Part shown: one piece after another, positions 59,673 to 64,000 of the stretch
Layout of the letters: each line of letters starts with the position of its first letter
Numbering within the stretch: position 1 is the stretch's first letter
From: a virus
Virus record (IMG/VR): IMGVR_UViG_3300036800_000311
Span: 41,538 to 105,537 of that record
Length of the DNA stretch: 64,000 nt
Strand: one strand, 5' to 3'
Translations under genes and position numbers: made by a program
The notes under the pieces: generated by a model
Told to the model about the DNA's origin: nothing
Seen by the model: the letters and a program-made list of their open reading frames with translations, nothing else
The model's database searches: none

Positions 59673-61850
59673 GTGTCGGGATCGGTTCTCATCCCGGAGG
59701 AGCGGACCGGCGACGCCCTCGGTCGACGGCTCCGCGAGGAAGCTCAGGCCAGCCGCGACGCCGGGGCGGGCTGGGTCATCGACGGCAACCGCTACGACGA
59801 CGGCTCCGGCTGGGACTTCGACGCGCTGGCGCGGCACGACCACTGCCCCGACAAGACGCCGGAGCGCTTCGCCGTCGACGCGCAGTTCGTCGTCGGACGC
59901 TTCCGGAAGGACGGTCGCCTCCGCGCCTCCGCCGGGCGGCACGACCTCAAGCGACTCCGGGTGACGTCCTACGACGACCTCGTCGCGATGCGCGAGGCGA
60001 CCCGCTGGACAGGCCGGATCAAGGAGTGGGGCTACACCCCGGACCCGTTCGCGTACGGCTCGGAGCAGGCCGTCCCTGGGGCTGGCGGCGGCGTCCTCGG
60101 GCAGTACCTGCCGCTCTGGCCCGGACCGGTGACCCGCCAGCTCTACTGGCAGGACTACTTCGCGATGTCCGCGAAGGCGTTCGAGGCGTACAACCACGAC
60201 CCGGTCTCCTGGCGGTCCGTTCACATGAAGCAGGAGTTCGCCCTCGGCAAGGGCCTCCAGGCGAAGGTGACGTTCTCCGCGGGGAGCGCCGCCGGTCAGC
60301 ATCACGACGCCGCCCAGGCCGTCTGGGACGAGTTCTGGGACCGGAACAAGATGGACGCCCGGATGGACATGTTCGCCCGCGACCTCTCCTGGGGCGGGGA
60401 GCAGTTCATGCGGTACTTCCAGAAGGGCCGGATGCTGACCGTCCGCTCCCTCGATCCGGCGTCGATCTACGACCTCATCACCGACCCGGAGGACATGGAG
60501 ACGGTCTTCGCGTACCACCAGCAGTTCCAGACCGCCTACCAGCTCTACGCGCCGACGGGGCCGACGCCGCCGGGCGGCGTCCAGTCGCCGACGGGTCCGA
60601 CGCAGACCGGCGCGGCGACGCGCTTCATCATCAGGCAGATCCTGCCGCAGGAGATCGACCACTACCGCATCAACACGAGCGCGTACGAGCGCCGCGGCCG
60701 CTCGGACCTCTTCCCGGGCCTGGGGTGGATCAAGCGCCTGCGCGACTACCTGACGTCGCACGTCATCTCCGCGGACCTCGCCTCCCGCATCTGCTGGGAC
60801 CTGACCGTGAAGGGGAACCTGACGGCGGTCTCGGCCGTCCGGAACGCGCTCTTCCCCGGCGGACGCCCCCCGGCCCCGGGATCGGTCTTCGGGCACAACG
60901 AGGCCTCGACGCTGACACCGCTCGTCCCTCAGCGCTCCGCGACCGGCGGCCGCTACGACCCCGTCCTCGACGCGCTCGTCACGATGGTCGCGAACTCGAT
61001 CGGCCTCCCGAAGGACTGGCTGAACTTCGGGATGCAGAACACGCGGGCGGGGGCGCTCGTCGCGACGGAGCCCGCGGCTCGCTCCCTGGAGGAGCTTCAG
61101 GGGACGGTCGAGGGCGTCGTCCACGACTGCTTCGAGCGCGTCATGCGTGCCGCGGGGATCACGGACGCGCAGATCGAGATCACGTTCCCGTCGATCGCGT
61201 CGGAGGATCGGACGCAGCTGCTCCAGGACCTCGCGTTCGCGGAGGCGAACGGCTGGGTCGCGAAGGCGACGGCCGGGGCGATCGCCGCGAAGAACCTCGG
61301 GATCACGTCCTACGACTACGAGCAGGAGCAGGGCCTGATCGCGGATGAGTTCCCAGAGCCGGAGATGGAGGACGTCCCGGACGCGGCGCCCGGGCCGGAC
61401 GGGAAGATCCCGCAGCGCCCGAAGAAGGGCGACGGCGTCCCGCGCCGCTCCGTCATCGTCGCGAAGTACAGGCAGGCCGCGAAGCTCGACATCACGAAGT
61501 CGCCGTCTCAGGAGGACGAGCCGCCGGGGCTGCTCGTCCCGACGGACGGCTCCGCGGTGCCGACGGCTCCCGCGGGCGGGAACGGCGGTCCGCCGCCGAC
61601 GCGGAACGGGATGCCGTCGGACGAGAACCCGCTCAGCGCGGCGGGGGCGAAGAACATCAAGCAGGACAACACGAGGGAGTCCGAGCCGCTGTTTACCTCT
61701 GAGCAGGTGAGGTGGTTGCTGATGCGCGAGCGGGAGCGTCGTCGCAGGCCAGATGATCCGGAGTTCCAGCGCGCCTCTCGGGAGTATCGGGAGGGCTCGG
61801 CGGAGAACCTGGCTCAGCTGGTGCGCGACGCGATACCGAGCGCCAGGTAG
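59673..61850 (+). CDS. Portal protein with N- and C-terminal extensions
   Basis: Follows the large terminase; FALGKG, WDEFWDRN, GEQF, LDPASI, RGRSDL, IGLPKDWL, IEITFP. Confidence 0.8.
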   Translation: MSGSVLIPEERTGDALGRRLREEAQASRDAGAGWVIDGNRYDDGSGWDFDALARHDHCPDKTPERFAVDAQFVVGRFRKDGRLRASAGRHDLKRLRVTSYDDLVAMREATRWTGRIKEWGYTPDPFAYGSEQAVPGAGGGVLGQYLPLWPGPVTRQLYWQDYFAMSAKAFEAYNHDPVSWRSVHMKQEFALGKGLQAKVTFSAGSAAGQHHDAAQAVWDEFWDRNKMDARMDMFARDLSWGGEQFMRYFQKGRMLTVRSLDPASIYDLITDPEDMETVFAYHQQFQTAYQLYAPTGPTPPGGVQSPTGPTQTGAATRFIIRQILPQEIDHYRINTSAYERRGRSDLFPGLGWIKRLRDYLTSHVISADLASRICWDLTVKGNLTAVSAVRNALFPGGRPPAPGSVFGHNEASTLTPLVPQRSATGGRYDPVLDALVTMVANSIGLPKDWLNFGMQNTRAGALVATEPAARSLEELQGTVEGVVHDCFERVMRAAGITDAQIEITFPSIASEDRTQLLQDLAFAEANGWVAKATAGAIAAKNLGITSYDYEQEQGLIADEFPEPEMEDVPDAAPGPDGKIPQRPKKGDGVPRRSVIVAKYRQAAKLDITKSPSQEDEPPGLLVPTDGSAVPTAPAGGNGGPPPTRNGMPSDENPLSAAGAKNIKQDNTRESEPLFTSEQVRWLLMRERERRRRPDDPEFQRASREYREGSAENLAQLVRDAIPSAR

Positions 61851-61889
61851 GAGGACCGTCCAGATGATCCTTGGCCAGACAGGAGGACC

Positions 61890-62258
61890 ATGCCCGCCGA
61901 TCCGGACGCCGCTCGGCTCGCCGCCCAACGTGAACAGGACCTCCGCGCGCAGGGGTATCGCGAGGCGGAGGTAGACGGTCGCATCAAGTCCTTGGAGCGC
62001 CGCGACCGAGAGGTCAACGGTCAGATCAAGGCCCTGAAGGTGGAGGTCCAGGAGGGGAACGTGGCGATCACCAGCGAGATCCGCGAGGTGGCCAGGAAGG
62101 TCGATCGGTTCCTGACATTGAAGGAGCAGCGTGATAGCGACGACGCAGACTTCGGGCAGCAGGCCTTGACGCGACGAGAGAAGATCTTCGGACTGATCGT
62201 CGCGACGAGCGCTGCGGGGACGCTGGCGCTCGCGGTGGCTCAGGCGGTGCATCCGTGA
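61890..62258 (+). CDS. Coiled-coil protein with a C-terminal TM anchor
   Basis: SD AGGAGG; heptad-like region followed by IFGLIVATSAAGTLALAVA. Confidence 0.65.
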   Translation: MPADPDAARLAAQREQDLRAQGYREAEVDGRIKSLERRDREVNGQIKALKVEVQEGNVAITSEIREVARKVDRFLTLKEQRDSDDADFGQQALTRREKIFGLIVATSAAGTLALAVAQAVHP

Positions 62259-62917
62259 CGAGGATCAAGGCCATCTCGCTCGTCGTGCCTGCGCTCGTGC
62301 TGGCGGTCATGGTGCTGTCGGTCGTGACGGTCGCGAACTTCAGCGCGCTGTCGTCACAGAGCGGGCAGATCCGGGACCTGATCGCCCAGCGGCACCGGTC
62401 GACGCAGCAGCAGCTCGACAAGACCCACAAGCTCGCGACCCACGCGAACCACACCGCGAAGGTCGCCGCTCACCGTACGGTCGTCATCTACCGGACGTTC
62501 GCCGTTCACGGTATCCCGCTCGCGGGGCCGGGCGGCAGGAGTGGCTCGCGGGGCGAGCGCGGCTTCCCGGGCGGCCGCGGTCCGCGCGGTCCCGCCGGGA
62601 CGGGCGCTCGCGGTCCCGCCGGGCCGACGGGCGCCACCGGGGGGGTAGGGCCGACCGGCAAGGACGGCCCCGGGCCGACGGACGCCCAGCTCGACGCCGC
62701 GCTCATGACGTTCTGCGGCGTGGGCTCGTGCCAGGGACCCGCCGGTCCCGCGGGACCTACCGGGCCGACGGGACCCTCAGGGGACGTCGGTCCCGCGGGT
62801 CCGCCGGGGACGAGTCCGACGGTGACCCAGGTCCCCCCCGGCGATCCGAACTGTCCGCTCGGCGGAGCGCTGCTCACGGACGCCTACGGCTCCACCGCGT
62901 ACGTCTGCAGCGCGTAA
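62255..62917 (+). CDS. Membrane-anchored collagen-like protein
   Basis: N-terminal TM, Gly-X-Y runs separated by a CGVGSC spacer, and C-terminal CPLGG...YVC. Confidence 0.8.
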   Translation: MTRIKAISLVVPALVLAVMVLSVVTVANFSALSSQSGQIRDLIAQRHRSTQQQLDKTHKLATHANHTAKVAAHRTVVIYRTFAVHGIPLAGPGGRSGSRGERGFPGGRGPRGPAGTGARGPAGPTGATGGVGPTGKDGPGPTDAQLDAALMTFCGVGSCQGPAGPAGPTGPTGPSGDVGPAGPPGTSPTVTQVPPGDPNCPLGGALLTDAYGSTAYVCSA

Positions 62918-62940
62918 CGAACCACCAGGAGGTCCAGGGA

Positions 62941-63165
62941 ATGCTCTTCTCCGACGCGAAGCCCGAGGCGTACGTCACGGACGGCGAGAGCCTGTATCGT
63001 GTCGTTAGGACGCTCGTCGGCGGGTCGGCGCTCGCCCCGAGGGAGACCGTCGTACTGGAGGACGCGCTGACCGGCAAGACGGTCGATCGGAGCGGGGACG
63101 AGATCGGCGGCCTCGGCTGGCGCGTCGTGGTTCCCGCTGATCCCCGCGAGCCGATAGCCGCGTGA
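62941..63165 (+). CDS. Small hypothetical protein
   Basis: SD AGGAGG, ATG 62941; GTGA-coupled to the next gene. Confidence 0.6.
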   Translation: MLFSDAKPEAYVTDGESLYRVVRTLVGGSALAPRETVVLEDALTGKTVDRSGDEIGGLGWRVVVPADPREPIAA

Positions 63166-63794
63166 GGAGGTTCGTCCTCGCCGGGGTCACCGCGCTGGCG
63201 CTGATCGTCTCCGGCCAGGCTCGAGCGGTCGTCCTCCAGGGCCAGAACGCGGACGTCTCCCAGTATCAGCGCTGGGCGGACGCGTCTGCGATCCCGACGT
63301 ATCCCGGCCTCGTCCGGCTTACGCTCGGCGGTGCGTCGGGGGAGTGTGGCGGCGACCCGCAGGTCATCGGCTGCACGAACGTCGCGTGGGACGGCGTCCC
63401 TCAGGTGTGGATTACCCCGACCTACGCCCTCCAGGACCGTCAGGTGCTGTACCACGAGCTCGGGCAGGTCTTCGACTTTATGGACGGGAACGCCGCGATG
63501 TTCTCGACGTTCGAGGCGATCTGGCAGGTCGCGGAGCCGCCCGGCGGCTGGTGGACTCCGGACCCGAGCCTTCGGGACGGGCCGCTCGGGGAGTGGTTCG
63601 CGGAGGGCTACCGCGAGTGCGCCGACAACGTCCAAGGCCGCATGACCGCCACCACCGAGGGCGCTCGTCTGACGTACGGCACGATCTTCGGCTATCCCGG
63701 CGGCGTCCTGACGACGTCCGCGCGACGTCGCCGCTGGGCGCTCCGGAAGCAGCACATGGTCTGCGACCTGATCCGCGAGTCGTCCGGCGCGTGA
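63162..63794 (+). CDS. Secreted zincin-like protein with an HExxQ variant motif
   Basis: Signal peptide; LYHELGQVFD followed by EWFAEGY. Confidence 0.6.
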   Translation: MRRFVLAGVTALALIVSGQARAVVLQGQNADVSQYQRWADASAIPTYPGLVRLTLGGASGECGGDPQVIGCTNVAWDGVPQVWITPTYALQDRQVLYHELGQVFDFMDGNAAMFSTFEAIWQVAEPPGGWWTPDPSLRDGPLGEWFAEGYRECADNVQGRMTATTEGARLTYGTIFGYPGGVLTTSARRRRWALRKQHMVCDLIRESSGA

Positions 63795-64000
63795 TCAGCC
63801 ACACCGCGGCGCTGAGGTTCGCCGACGCCCAGAAGCGCCTCCTTCGCCAGACGTACGACTCCGCGTGGGGACAGGGGGTGGGTGGGTATCAGCCGGACGC
63901 CGATCCTCAGCAGCAGCCGGACGCGCCGCGGGACGTGGCGGAGGCTGGCCTCACGGGAGCGGCCCTCCTCGCGCTCCGTCGGACCTACTCCTACGTCGCT
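63791..64000 (+). CDS. Partial CDS, possibly a head-module protein
   Basis: GTGA-coupled start; open to the window edge; assigned by position only. Confidence 0.4.
   Translation, partial: MISHTAALRFADAQKRLLRQTYDSAWGQGVGGYQPDADPQQQPDAPRDVAEAGLTGAALLALRRTYSYVA

Noticed and set aside
62525-62810. GC-rich nucleotide repeats
   Set aside because: Fully explained by Gly-X-Y collagen codons.
1-64000. Many long Arg/Pro/Gly-rich ORFs in the six-frame track (e.g. 1517-3085, 57629-59161, 59418-62252)
   Set aside because: These are shadow ORFs expected at this GC content. They overlap better-supported genes and have no motifs or coupling.
1-64000. CRISPR array, diversity-generating retroelement, retron or integrase/att module
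   Set aside because: I saw no regularly spaced repeats, reverse transcriptase motifs or recombinase.

Overview
The window is about 64 kb of a very GC-rich tailed dsDNA phage genome in circularly permuted order. The order is: end of tail module (1-3 kb), lysis-like cassette (4.3-7.8 kb), leftward small accessory genes (7.9-13.8 kb), HNH/methyltransferase/Rpf-like island (14-20 kb), C5 methyltransferase and early genes (21-26 kb), recombination and replication genes (RecT/Bet, PD-(D/E)XK and DEDD nucleases, initiator-like protein, intein-split DnaB; 26-38 kb), DNA modification and nucleotide metabolism genes (mIHF-like, DUF5131, helicase plus amino-MTase, intein-split SNF2, PAPS-reductase-like, resolvase, ThyX; 38-56 kb), then terminases, portal and the start of the head module (56.6-64 kb). 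The host is inferred to be an actinobacterium, possibly Thermoleophilia. I saw no integrase, CRISPR array, rRNA or complete tRNA. Main points of interest: (1) apparent internal-deletion scars confined to dispensable genes, with 5-13 codon micro-ORFs still translationally coupled at both ends; (2) a lysis cassette with a lipobox-bearing muramidase, a papain-like protease, a holin candidate and a PLD-family enzyme; (3) a long ORF overprinted on the C5 MTase; (4) a phage Rpf-like transglycosylase operon with two SAM methyltransferases; (5) a repeated palindromic AGTATACT promoter family with a conserved leader; (6) several candidate structured RNAs. All family assignments come from reading motifs by eye, not from database searches.
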